A stretch of 64,000 nucleotides of DNA, from assembly GCA_965279035.1 (NCBI GenBank), contig OZ257142.1, positions 2,976,001 to 3,040,000 on the forward strand, written 5' to 3'. The notes beneath the pieces were generated by a model. It ran no database searches. It was given only the letters and a program-made list of their open reading frames with translations, and had not been told where the DNA came from. Positions 17,165-26,022 of this stretch are shown here, piece by piece. Source of the stretch: Bacteroidia bacterium. Lineage in GTDB: Bacteria > Bacteroidota > Bacteroidia > M30B66. Within the stretch, counting starts at the first letter, position 1. Each line of letters begins with the position of its first letter. The position numbers and the translations under genes were made by a program.

Positions 17165-18877
17165 ATGAATAAACTATACAAACTTTCGCTCGCACTTGTT
17201 ATGGGGGGATTTTCCTTCCAAGCAAATGCACAACGATACCTCACAGAGGTATTCACTGATGCTCAGATTACTATTCAAAATGACGTTCAATACGGAGAAA
17301 ACCTATCAATACAAAATACGGTTTTAGGTGCACTTGCAACACCGCCTCAAAATATTGCGCCTAGTATACTTCCATTGTTAATGGATGTTTATTATCCAAC
17401 CATAGCTGGGGATAATATTACAGAACGCCCTTTAGTTATTTATGCACCAACAGGAAACTTTCTACCTGCAGGTATCAATGGCTCACCTACAGGTAGTCGT
17501 AAAGACAGCTCGTGTGTGAACATGGCTAAACAATTTGCTAAACGCGGATATGTGTGTGCTGTTGTTGATTATCGTTTAGGATGGAATCCATTTTCAACTG
17601 ATCAAATCATTCGTACAGGAACTATTTTGAATGCAGCCTATAAAGGTCAGCAGGATACCAAAGCGGCTGTTCGATTTTTCCGTAATGATCGCGCTACAAC
17701 AAATACTTTTAAAATTGACCCAACTCGCGTAGTGCTTTTTGGAGAAGGTACTGGTGGATATGTAGTGATGGCGCATGCTTTCCTAGATCAACCATGGAAA
17801 ATTGGACGTTTACCTGGATTAGGGGATGATAAATTCCTTCGTACACAAGCTCCCGATTCTTCTGTTATTGATACAACACGTATAGGTAATTTTGATGGAA
17901 CAAATGATATTACTGTTAACTTGATTCCATTTGCTACGAGTGGTAATTTCTTGAAAATAACAGGAAACGTTGCCAATAACCCTGGCTATTCTTCAGATGC
18001 AAATATTGTAATCAATATGGGTGGAGCATTGGGAGATACATCTTGGTTAGATGATGGTCAAATTCCAATGATTGGAATCCATGCTGTACGCGATCCAAAT
18101 GCACCTTATCAAATTGGTGATGTAATCGTTCCTACTACAGGTGACCTTGTTATTCCATTTGCATCTGGAGCAGGATTTAACATTGAAAAAGCCAATGCAT
18201 ATGGTAACAATGCCTCTTTTTCAACACGTATTTATCCTGATGCCATTACTGCTGCTGTAGAATCTCATTATGGACAAAGCATTCCATTTGCAAGTTCTAC
18301 TATCAATATTGGAACTGGAAAAGGTTTGCTTCCTTTCATTCTTCCTGAAGCTTCCATTTATCCATATAATAACGGAAGTCCTTGGCAGTTCTGGAATTCA
18401 GGACAAGCTACTGCAAATTACCCAGTAGTAGTTGGAGGAAATACCATCACAACTCACCAAGCTTCTGCTGCTAGCAATCCTGCAATGGCTACTAGCAATG
18501 AAGTTGGTCGTACTTCTGGATTAACATACATTGATACTGTTCAACGTTATATCAATCCACGTATCGTTTGTGCATTGAATTTAGCTGAATGTAATTTGTT
18601 TGATGCTGAAGGTATCCATGAAATCAACGCTTCTAATAACTTGGTAAGTGCTTATCCAAATCCATCAAACGGAACTGTGATGATTCGTTCTATTGTTGGT
18701 GCTGGTCAATTGAATTCTCTTGCGATGTTCGATCTTACTGGTCGTCAAGTTTTAGTTGAAAGTGGTTTGAAAACATCTACATACCAAATTAACCGTAACG
18801 ATCTTCCTTCAGGTATTTACCTTCTACAGGTTGTTACCGAAAAAGGTCGCGGTACTATCAAATTGATTTTCGAATAA
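17165..18877 (+). CDS. T9SS type A cargo with alpha/beta-hydrolase-like fold
   Basis: Signal peptide; LLMDVYYP, RGYVCAVVDYRLG, AAVRFFR..IDP; elbow reads GEGTGG; CTD AYPNPS..FDLTGRQV..LPSGIYLL. Confidence 0.82.
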   Translation: MNKLYKLSLALVMGGFSFQANAQRYLTEVFTDAQITIQNDVQYGENLSIQNTVLGALATPPQNIAPSILPLLMDVYYPTIAGDNITERPLVIYAPTGNFLPAGINGSPTGSRKDSSCVNMAKQFAKRGYVCAVVDYRLGWNPFSTDQIIRTGTILNAAYKGQQDTKAAVRFFRNDRATTNTFKIDPTRVVLFGEGTGGYVVMAHAFLDQPWKIGRLPGLGDDKFLRTQAPDSSVIDTTRIGNFDGTNDITVNLIPFATSGNFLKITGNVANNPGYSSDANIVINMGGALGDTSWLDDGQIPMIGIHAVRDPNAPYQIGDVIVPTTGDLVIPFASGAGFNIEKANAYGNNASFSTRIYPDAITAAVESHYGQSIPFASSTINIGTGKGLLPFILPEASIYPYNNGSPWQFWNSGQATANYPVVVGGNTITTHQASAASNPAMATSNEVGRTSGLTYIDTVQRYINPRIVCALNLAECNLFDAEGIHEINASNNLVSAYPNPSNGTVMIRSIVGAGQLNSLAMFDLTGRQVLVESGLKTSTYQINRNDLPSGIYLLQVVTEKGRGTIKLIFE

Positions 18878-18895
18878 TTTCTGATTTTGTTTAAG

Positions 18896-18927
18896 AAAGT
18901 CCTGGTGGTAACATCAGGACTTTTTTT
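18896..18927 (+). terminator. Intrinsic terminator
   Basis: aaagtcctggtg-gtaa-catcaggacttt followed by a T run. Confidence 0.85.
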
Positions 18928-18937
18928 ATTTTACCAC

Positions 18938-20701
18938 ATGCAAAGCAAGCGGACACATATCCTATTCATCATTCTTATTCTGCTGTTTGCATTCAGTCGT
19001 TTCATATTTCTCGAGTCCGATCCAGCTTGGTGGAAAAGTACCGACGACATTCATGATGAAGCTTGGTGGGCAGAGAATGTGCGTAGACTTTTTTATGGCG
19101 AACCTTGGCCTGGAGATGCATTTGCCCGCTCATTTGCAGTTGGGCCAATCACTGCATTGATTCATTGGATTCACTTCAAATTATTTGGGTTGAATTTTTT
19201 TAGTTTACGACTCATTGCACTTATTCCAGCAACAGCAAGTGTGATTCTCGTATTATGGAAAAAAATTCCAGGAATTGATAAAACCCAAGGCATTCAAGCT
19301 TCTGCACTGCTTGTTGTTATGCCTATTTTTTGGTCGATGAGTCGTATTGGACATGTGGAAGCATTGCTTAGTTTTATGTTGATTCTCATTGCACTTTTAT
19401 CATTTCATACAAAAGCAACAACTTGGTTTGTAATTGGGATTTTGTTGACTTGTGCACTACTTATCAAACTCTCATTCATTTACTTTCTACCAGCTTTGGG
19501 TTCTTGGTTTCTATACCGACATATTGGAATTAAAAACCTACTTGTTGCATTTGTTACGTTTTTCCTTCTTAGCAGCTTAAGCTATCTTTTTTACTTCTAT
19601 CCTTTCAATCAGGATTTCGAACAATTCAATGCCTATTTTTCAAAGAGCTATTATCCAATCCATCAATTACTCGATCCGAGAGGTTGGTTTATTCGTCTTG
19701 CTTGGCTGCCTGAGAAATTGAGTGTCACAACTCCTATGAATTGTTTATTAATTAGTGGAATTCTTATTCGAATAGGTCAAGGGACTTTGCCTTCAAGAAA
19801 GACTGGATTTGCTTCATTAGCGGCATTGTGCTTATTCTTCCTGCTGTTTTCAGATTTCTCTGATCGAAGAATCCTTGTTTTACTCGTGCTACTTCCATTG
19901 GTACTTGTTGAACCACACGAAAGAACATCAAAAGCTAATTTCAGAACTGCCTTTGCTTGGATTCTTGGAATTCCTTTGTTTACCAGTTTTACAGCGATCA
20001 TTCATCCTGGTAATCCGAATACATTCAATCAGCTATTCGAAAGTATTCCTTGGTTTTTATTGATTTATACAAGTCTTTTTCTTGGAGCATTTTATCTTTT
20101 AAAGAAGTTTAAGTTGGATGCACCATTGATCATATTTAGATCGGGAATTCTATATTGGATTTTGTTATCAATTTATCATAGTTCGATATTTCTTAATCAA
20201 AGCACTCATTGGGGATTTTTACCATGCATGATTGCACATGGTGTAGTGATTGGATTCGGACTTTTAACTGCTTGGAAATTAAACTGGAAATATCAATTCA
20301 GCATTTCATGGGTATCGATAGTCGTAATCACCTCATTAGCAATATTATCAACAGAAATAATTCAACCGCATTTTACATTACGAGAAGCGGCCATTGAAAC
20401 TAGGAATCTTTGCGAAACACAAGGCAATGGAATTGGTCCTGAAACGCTAGTTGAATTGAGTTTGTTAAGTTCGTGTAAGCCTATGTTGTATTTGGATGTT
20501 GCACAAAAACAAAATTCGAAACAATATCATTGGTTTGCTGGTATAACAACACCAAAGGCAAATATGGATTCCTTAAATCGCTTGTTTTTAAACAATGCCT
20601 TTCTTTTATCGGATACAAATGGAATGGTCTTGAAAAAGAAACCTGTATTATGGTCACCAGTAGGTTATCGAGAATCAGTAATATTTCGCTATCATCCTTG
20701 A
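18938..20701 (+). CDS. GT-C fold membrane glycosyltransferase (ArnT/PMT-like)
   Basis: DIHDEAWW acidic loop, LFGLNFFSLRL, SRIGHVE, LLIK, many TMs. ATG 18938 lies after the terminator. Confidence 0.7.
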   Translation: MQSKRTHILFIILILLFAFSRFIFLESDPAWWKSTDDIHDEAWWAENVRRLFYGEPWPGDAFARSFAVGPITALIHWIHFKLFGLNFFSLRLIALIPATASVILVLWKKIPGIDKTQGIQASALLVVMPIFWSMSRIGHVEALLSFMLILIALLSFHTKATTWFVIGILLTCALLIKLSFIYFLPALGSWFLYRHIGIKNLLVAFVTFFLLSSLSYLFYFYPFNQDFEQFNAYFSKSYYPIHQLLDPRGWFIRLAWLPEKLSVTTPMNCLLISGILIRIGQGTLPSRKTGFASLAALCLFFLLFSDFSDRRILVLLVLLPLVLVEPHERTSKANFRTAFAWILGIPLFTSFTAIIHPGNPNTFNQLFESIPWFLLIYTSLFLGAFYLLKKFKLDAPLIIFRSGILYWILLSIYHSSIFLNQSTHWGFLPCMIAHGVVIGFGLLTAWKLNWKYQFSISWVSIVVITSLAILSTEIIQPHFTLREAAIETRNLCETQGNGIGPETLVELSLLSSCKPMLYLDVAQKQNSKQYHWFAGITTPKANMDSLNRLFLNNAFLLSDTNGMVLKKKPVLWSPVGYRESVIFRYHP

Positions 20702-20753
20702 TGCTTGTTTTAGGATGTAGAATTAATCATATTTGTCGGAAGAAGTTTCATTT

Positions 20754-21248
20754 ATGAAAAAAATACTCATTCCTTTCACAGTCCTTTTGTTTACACTGTT
20801 TTTGATTACTCAATCATCCTGTAAAAAAGACAAAGTAAAGGGCTGTATGAATTCTGAAGCCAAAAACTATTCGGCTGATGTAAATGAAGATGATGGTTCG
20901 TGTACATTCAAACGTGATAAATTTCTGGGTTCTTATTCAGGTAAGCGTTTATGCAATACACCAACAACTGATACATTGATTTCTATTTCAGTCACTGCTG
21001 ATGGAAATGAATATTCGAAAATTATCATCAACGATTTTCCTGTAAGTGGTTCCAATGTTCATGCTTCCGTAAATAGTCAAAATGAGTTGCTATTAATTAT
21101 TGCTTCACAAACGATTTCGAACGATTTAGAAACCTATACCATTTCAGGATCAGCTTCTTATTACGAAGATCAAATTGTTTTGAATTATATAACAGACAAT
21201 TTAGGAACCTTGGACACCTGTGGTATTTCGGTAAATAAAATCAAATAA
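20754..21248 (+). CDS. Lipoprotein of unknown function
   Basis: MKKIL..TQSSC lipobox; GCMNSEAKNY..DDGSC..RDKFLGSY. Confidence 0.75.
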   Translation: MKKILIPFTVLLFTLFLITQSSCKKDKVKGCMNSEAKNYSADVNEDDGSCTFKRDKFLGSYSGKRLCNTPTTDTLISISVTADGNEYSKIIINDFPVSGSNVHASVNSQNELLLIIASQTISNDLETYTISGSASYYEDQIVLNYITDNLGTLDTCGISVNKIK

Positions 21249-21349
21249 TGCAACTCTCCTTACAACTTTTCGTATTCAGTACGATCTTGTTTTTTCTTTA
21301 GTTAGTTTAACAACAAGTTTTACTATCTTTGTGTAGCACGTATTATTTC

Positions 21350-21823
21350 ATGATTCGACCACTTCTATATAAATCTGTTTTCTCTTTGGTAATTTTATCA
21401 TCATTCCTTTTCAGTGGATGTGATAAAAAGCAAGGATGTACTGATCCATTAGCTGAAAACTACGATCCCTCTGCTGAGATTGAAAATGCTACGTGCATCA
21501 CTCAAAGACAAAAGTTTTTGGGATTATATGATGCTCAAGAACAATGCATTATTACAAATACGAATGCTTTCTTTTCTGAAGTTCGTAAGGCAAACGATAA
21601 TCTAACAGACATTCTCATATTTAATTTCAATAATACGTATATCAATCCAGTTAGAGCAACAGTGAACCGAACCACTTTTGTAATTGATCGTCAAGATCCT
21701 GATGGAACTGGTCATGCAATACAAGGAGAAGGTTCAATTCAAGGAAATATTATTACTATTCAGTATAAAATCCGTATCAATGCAGTTGTCAATAACGATT
21801 GTATTGTGAATATGACTAAATAA
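21350..21823 (+). CDS. Lipoprotein of unknown function, paralog of the previous gene
   Basis: LFSGC lipobox; GCTDPLAENY..C..RQKFLGLY; TATCTTTG -7 box at 21324-21331. Confidence 0.75.
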   Translation: MIRPLLYKSVFSLVILSSFLFSGCDKKQGCTDPLAENYDPSAEIENATCITQRQKFLGLYDAQEQCIITNTNAFFSEVRKANDNLTDILIFNFNNTYINPVRATVNRTTFVIDRQDPDGTGHAIQGEGSIQGNIITIQYKIRINAVVNNDCIVNMTK

Positions 21824-21824
21824 G

Positions 21825-23513
21825 TTAGTCATTTCGAACTGCTTGAATTTCTAATAGATACGTTTTTCTAAGTACATCAGGCCTCTTTTGAGGATTCCCA
21901 AAATTCATACTTAATAAAGCTGCTGGATAATCATCGTTTTTTCGAATGACTTTCCATTGACAGTTACCAGCATCTATTATTTCTTGCAACCCTTCTTCAT
22001 TTGTAAAAAGATAAAATCTCGGATTTCTTTTTAAGAGTGTATCAAGATCCGAAGTGCTTATTTCAATTGCCGTCTTGTGAGTATAAACGTCAATAGAGCG
22101 TGCATTTACTTTAGTGATATAGAGTGGTTGATTTGCTAATCCATTTTCCAACATCCATTTTCCTGTTTGAGAGGAAGATTGGTAATTCAACACTTGAGGA
22201 TAAAACCAAGTTGCCATCAATACATTTACACTCAGTGAGGAAACGAGCGACATCCAAAGGAATTTCGATAATCGCTGTTCAAAATGATGGATCAAAGCCC
22301 AAAGGAAGGCAACAAATCCACCGATTCCGATGAGAATAAGAACTGGGTTAGTGATTGGGAAAAACCATACAAATATGAGCGCTCCAAATCCCCAGCATCC
22401 AAAAAGAACAACAGCTTGTGGAATATTTAGCCAATTAAAATTGAATTTACTTTCGCGCTGTTCAATTTCATGAAGAAAATTAGCAGTCATTACAGCTGCC
22501 ATTGGAAATACTACATAGATGTAATGTGGCAATTTATAGTGAGATGCCGATAATGCTATAAATGGCAACCAAAATCCACCAAAACTTATCCATTCTGATT
22601 TTGACCGTATGAATTCAGTCCAGTTTTTAATTGCTGATTGAATAAATAGAACACCTGCTCCAATGAGTCCTAAGGTCCAAGGCAAAAATGACCAAGCAAG
22701 GCTATGCACAAAGAAGAAAGGACCGGTATCATTCTTCCACACATTTTCACCGGTAATTCGACCAAAGCTTTGTTCCCAAAAGAAAAACCGGATTCCAGAA
22801 ACACCTTGATTTCCATTGACTGTTTTCTCAGGATGTAAATCAAATTGTTGATATAAACCCCAAACCATAGGAGAAAGAACAATAGCGGTAATGAATAAAC
22901 CAATCAGCCATTCCCAACGAAAAATATTCTTCCAATCTCCTTTCAAGAGTAAATGAGTACCTAAAGCCATCACAGGAACTACAATTCCCAATGGTCCTTT
23001 AGCTAGCATGCCAATTCCAATGAAGAAAAATGCTGGAATCCAATAATATCCTCGGCTTTGTCGAATCTGTTCACTTAAAAGCCAGATGGCGGCAATTACT
23101 GCATTCGTAAGGTAAACGTCGGTTCGGACATCGTTTGTAAAATGAAAATAACCTTGTGATGTTGCTAAAATAATGGCAGCCAAAACTGCAGTTCGTTCAG
23201 GATACCAAATGCGAGTAAATCGATAAATGGAATAGATTCCTAAAAGTGCGAAAAGTATAGCTGGGAGTTTAAAAGCAAGCTCCCCTACTCCGAAAATGCT
23301 GTAGAATAAAGCAGTAATCCAAAAAATGAAAGGTGGTTTATCGAGATATTCTTTACCTCGATCAAAAACATGAAGGAAGTCGCCACTGCTGAGCATTTCG
23401 CGCGACATATTTGCATACTGCGCAGAATCTACTTCCATGATATCCACAGGAATCGCCAAGAGATAAACAATAACAGCTAGGGCGACGATCCAAAGTGGAT
23501 GGCGGAACTTCAT
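21825..23513 (-). CDS. ArnT/GT39-like GT-C glycosyltransferase
   Basis: [38 protein letters not shown] 23513 overlaps the upstream stop (ATGA). Confidence 0.9.
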   Translation of the reverse strand: MKFRHPLWIVALAVIVYLLAIPVDIMEVDSAQYANMSREMLSSGDFLHVFDRGKEYLDKPPFIFWITALFYSIFGVGELAFKLPAILFALLGIYSIYRFTRIWYPERTAVLAAIILATSQGYFHFTNDVRTDVYLTNAVIAAIWLLSEQIRQSRGYYWIPAFFFIGIGMLAKGPLGIVVPVMALGTHLLLKGDWKNIFRWEWLIGLFITAIVLSPMVWGLYQQFDLHPEKTVNGNQGVSGIRFFFWEQSFGRITGENVWKNDTGPFFFVHSLAWSFLPWTLGLIGAGVLFIQSAIKNWTEFIRSKSEWISFGGFWLPFIALSASHYKLPHYIYVVFPMAAVMTANFLHEIEQRESKFNFNWLNIPQAVVLFGCWGFGALIFVWFFPITNPVLILIGIGGFVAFLWALIHHFEQRLSKFLWMSLVSSLSVNVLMATWFYPQVLNYQSSSQTGKWMLENGLANQPLYITKVNARSIDVYTHKTAIEISTSDLDTLLKRNPRFYLFTNEEGLQEIIDAGNCQWKVIRKNDDYPAALLSMNFGNPQKRPDVLRKTYLLEIQAVRND

Positions 23514-24235
23514 TTTCGGATAAAGAGATTGTATTTTAAGATGCACCAAATTGCACGGAAACCATCTTTCCAACCGATTTTCTTTCCTTCGGCATAGGTT
23601 CTTCCATAATAGGAAATACCCACTTCATAAATCCGAATGTTAGGGATACGTGCAATGCGAGCAGTAACCTCAGGCTCAAAACCAAAACGCTTCTCCCTTA
23701 GGTTAAGCGATTGTATGGTTTCGCGACGAAAAAGTTTGTAGCAGGTTTCCATATCCGACAAGTTCAAATTCGTGAACATGTTTGATAGGAAAGTGAGCAG
23801 TCGATTTCCGATCGTATGCCAGAAAAATAAGATTCGATGGGGGTTTCCTCCAATAAAGCGACTACCATAAACGACATCAGCAAAACCATCGAGAATAGGT
23901 TTTAACAGGATGAGGTATTCTTGAGGATCATACTCCAAATCGGCATCTTGAATGATGACAAAATCGCCCGTTGCACGTTTGATTCCTGTGTGAAGTGCAG
24001 CACCTTTTCCTGCATTCACTTCGTGTTTTACATACACAATACCTGTTTCAGGATATTGGTCCATATATCGTTGAACCGCTAGTTCTGTATCATCTTTAGA
24101 GCAATCATTCACAATGATTACTTGTTTTTCCATGTTTTCGGGTAAAACAACTGCTCGCACTTTATCCAATATGAAATGGATAGTAGCACCTTCGTTGTAA
24201 GCAGGAATGACGATTGAAAGAATGCGGTTTGCCAT
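23510..24235 (-). CDS. GT2 glycosyltransferase (DPM1/ArnC-like, polyprenyl-phosphate)
   Basis: [43 protein letters not shown]. Confidence 0.93.
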   Translation of the reverse strand: MANRILSIVIPAYNEGATIHFILDKVRAVVLPENMEKQVIIVNDCSKDDTELAVQRYMDQYPETGIVYVKHEVNAGKGAALHTGIKRATGDFVIIQDADLEYDPQEYLILLKPILDGFADVVYGSRFIGGNPHRILFFWHTIGNRLLTFLSNMFTNLNLSDMETCYKLFRRETIQSLNLREKRFGFEPEVTARIARIPNIRIYEVGISYYGRTYAEGKKIGWKDGFRAIWCILKYNLFIRK

Positions 24236-24246
24236 GACAAAAAAAT

Positions 24247-24345
24247 GGGTAAGTTACTTATATCGCACCGCTCAACCACCTACCCTTGCTACCTTCCGGT
24301 CCTGGGGGATTTCAGCAGGAGCTGGTCGTACAAGACTTACCCGCC
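24247..24345 (-). ncRNA. ffs: Small signal recognition particle RNA (4.5S)
   Basis: Minus strand GGGUAAGU...CCCCCAGGACCGGAAGGUAGCAAGGG...ACUUACCC: helix-8 motif with GGAA loop and paired ends. TATTTTTG promoter at 24354-24347 and a U-run after the 3' end. Confidence 0.95.
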
Positions 24346-24516
24346 GCAAAAATAGGAAAATGAACGTATGAAAGTTTGATATCGCTCTATTTTTTTGAAA
24401 GCGCCTATTATTCAAGTATTTATATTAAGCAGCTAATTAAGCAGTGCAAGAATCAAATGGAAAGGAAGGAATTTCGCATGCTGAAACTGTTATATTTGCC
24501 CCTAAATCAAATTAAA

Positions 24517-25062
24517 ATGGCTCAAATAGTCAATGCTCCCATGATGCCGCCGGCTTCTCGTCATGGTTTTTTTCTGGGACTTTCTTTAGTGATCATGCAA
24601 ACGGTCTTTTATCTAGCAGATATTAAACTAGATTCAGGATTGGGTTATATTTCATACGTAATATTAATTACTGGGCTATTTCTTTCGATACGTAATTACC
24701 GTGATCAACTCAATGGAGGATTTGTATCTTATGGTAAATCCGTTGGCTATGGTGTTCTTGTTTCGCTCATGGCAGGAATCATTTCATCTGTATTTGTATT
24801 TGTACTTTATAAATACATCGATGCTTCAATCATTGATAAATTATTGATTGAATCAGAAGCAAAACTAGAAGAACAAAATTTAGCACCGGAGCAGCTTGAA
24901 ATGGCGATGGAAATGAATCGTAAAATATTCACTCCCTTTGCTATTGCTATCATGTCGGTTATTGGATATGTATTTATGGGACTTGTTTTCAGCCTCGTAC
25001 TTTCAGTGTTTCTCAAAAAAGAAAATGAAAGCAGTGGAACATTCGATAATGATACACTTTGA
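24517..25062 (+). CDS. DUF4199-like membrane protein
   Basis: Four TMs, IRNYRDQLNGGFVSYGKSVGYG, YKYID, SVFLKKE; TATATTTG box at 24491-24498 supports ATG 24517. Confidence 0.8.
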   Translation: MAQIVNAPMMPPASRHGFFLGLSLVIMQTVFYLADIKLDSGLGYISYVILITGLFLSIRNYRDQLNGGFVSYGKSVGYGVLVSLMAGIISSVFVFVLYKYIDASIIDKLLIESEAKLEEQNLAPEQLEMAMEMNRKIFTPFAIAIMSVIGYVFMGLVFSLVLSVFLKKENESSGTFDNDTL

Positions 25063-26006
25063 TGATCGACATTTCTGTTGTTGTTCCACTTTATAACGAG
25101 GAAGAATCCCTTCCTGAACTATGTGCCTGGATTGCCAAAGTAATGCAGGAAAACCAGTTTTCGTGGGAAGTTATTTTGGTGGATGATGGTAGTAGTGATT
25201 CTTCCTGGGAGGTGATCTCCAACTTACAAAAAGAAGATTCACATATTAAAGGCATTCGATTCCGCAGGAATTATGGAAAATCAGGAGCGCTCAATGTTGG
25301 ATTTGAGGCCTGTTCAGGAAATGTGGTTATAACAATGGATGCTGATTTACAAGATAGCCCAGACGAAATACCACAGCTTTATCGAATGATTACCGAAGAA
25401 GGATTTGATTTGGTAAGTGGTTGGAAGCAGAAACGATTTGATCCAATAACGAAGACAGTTCCTACTAAATTATTCAATTGGGCAGCGCGCAGAATGAGTG
25501 GAATTTATTTGCACGATTTCAACTGTGGATTAAAAGCCTATCGTGGTGAAGTGGTGAAAAGTATCGAAGTGTATGGAGAAATGCATCGCTATATTCCGGT
25601 GTTAGCCAAATGGGCAGGATTTAAAAAGATTGGTGAAAAAGTAGTTCAACATCGTGCTCGCAAATATGGAACTACCAAGTTTGGTTGGGAGCGATTTGTA
25701 AATGGCTTTCTCGATTTATTAAGCATCACCTTTGTTTCCCGATTTGGTAAACGTCCCATGCATTTATTTGGTTTGCTTGGGACCTTGAGTTTTATGATTG
25801 GATTTTTTATTGCGGCATATCTCACGTTTGCAAAATTTGCCCATCAAGCCTATAAAATGACCGAACGTCCTTTGTTTTATTTCGGATTGTTCTTTATGGT
25901 TGTTGGAACACAATTATTTTTGGCCGGTTTTCTGGGTGAATTAATTTCACGCAACGGGCATGATCGGAATTCTTATCAAATCAGAGAAAAAACGAGTAAT
26001 TTATAA
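25059..26006 (+). CDS. GT2 glycosyltransferase (ArnC-like)
   Basis: SVVVPLYNEE, VDDGSSD, RNYGKS, MDADLQDSP, HDFNCGLKAY, YGEMHRYIP, two C-terminal TMs. Confidence 0.93.
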   Translation: MMIDISVVVPLYNEEESLPELCAWIAKVMQENQFSWEVILVDDGSSDSSWEVISNLQKEDSHIKGIRFRRNYGKSGALNVGFEACSGNVVITMDADLQDSPDEIPQLYRMITEEGFDLVSGWKQKRFDPITKTVPTKLFNWAARRMSGIYLHDFNCGLKAYRGEVVKSIEVYGEMHRYIPVLAKWAGFKKIGEKVVQHRARKYGTTKFGWERFVNGFLDLLSITFVSRFGKRPMHLFGLLGTLSFMIGFFIAAYLTFAKFAHQAYKMTERPLFYFGLFFMVVGTQLFLAGFLGELISRNGHDRNSYQIREKTSNL

Positions 26007-26022
26007 TACTGAGCTAAATAGC

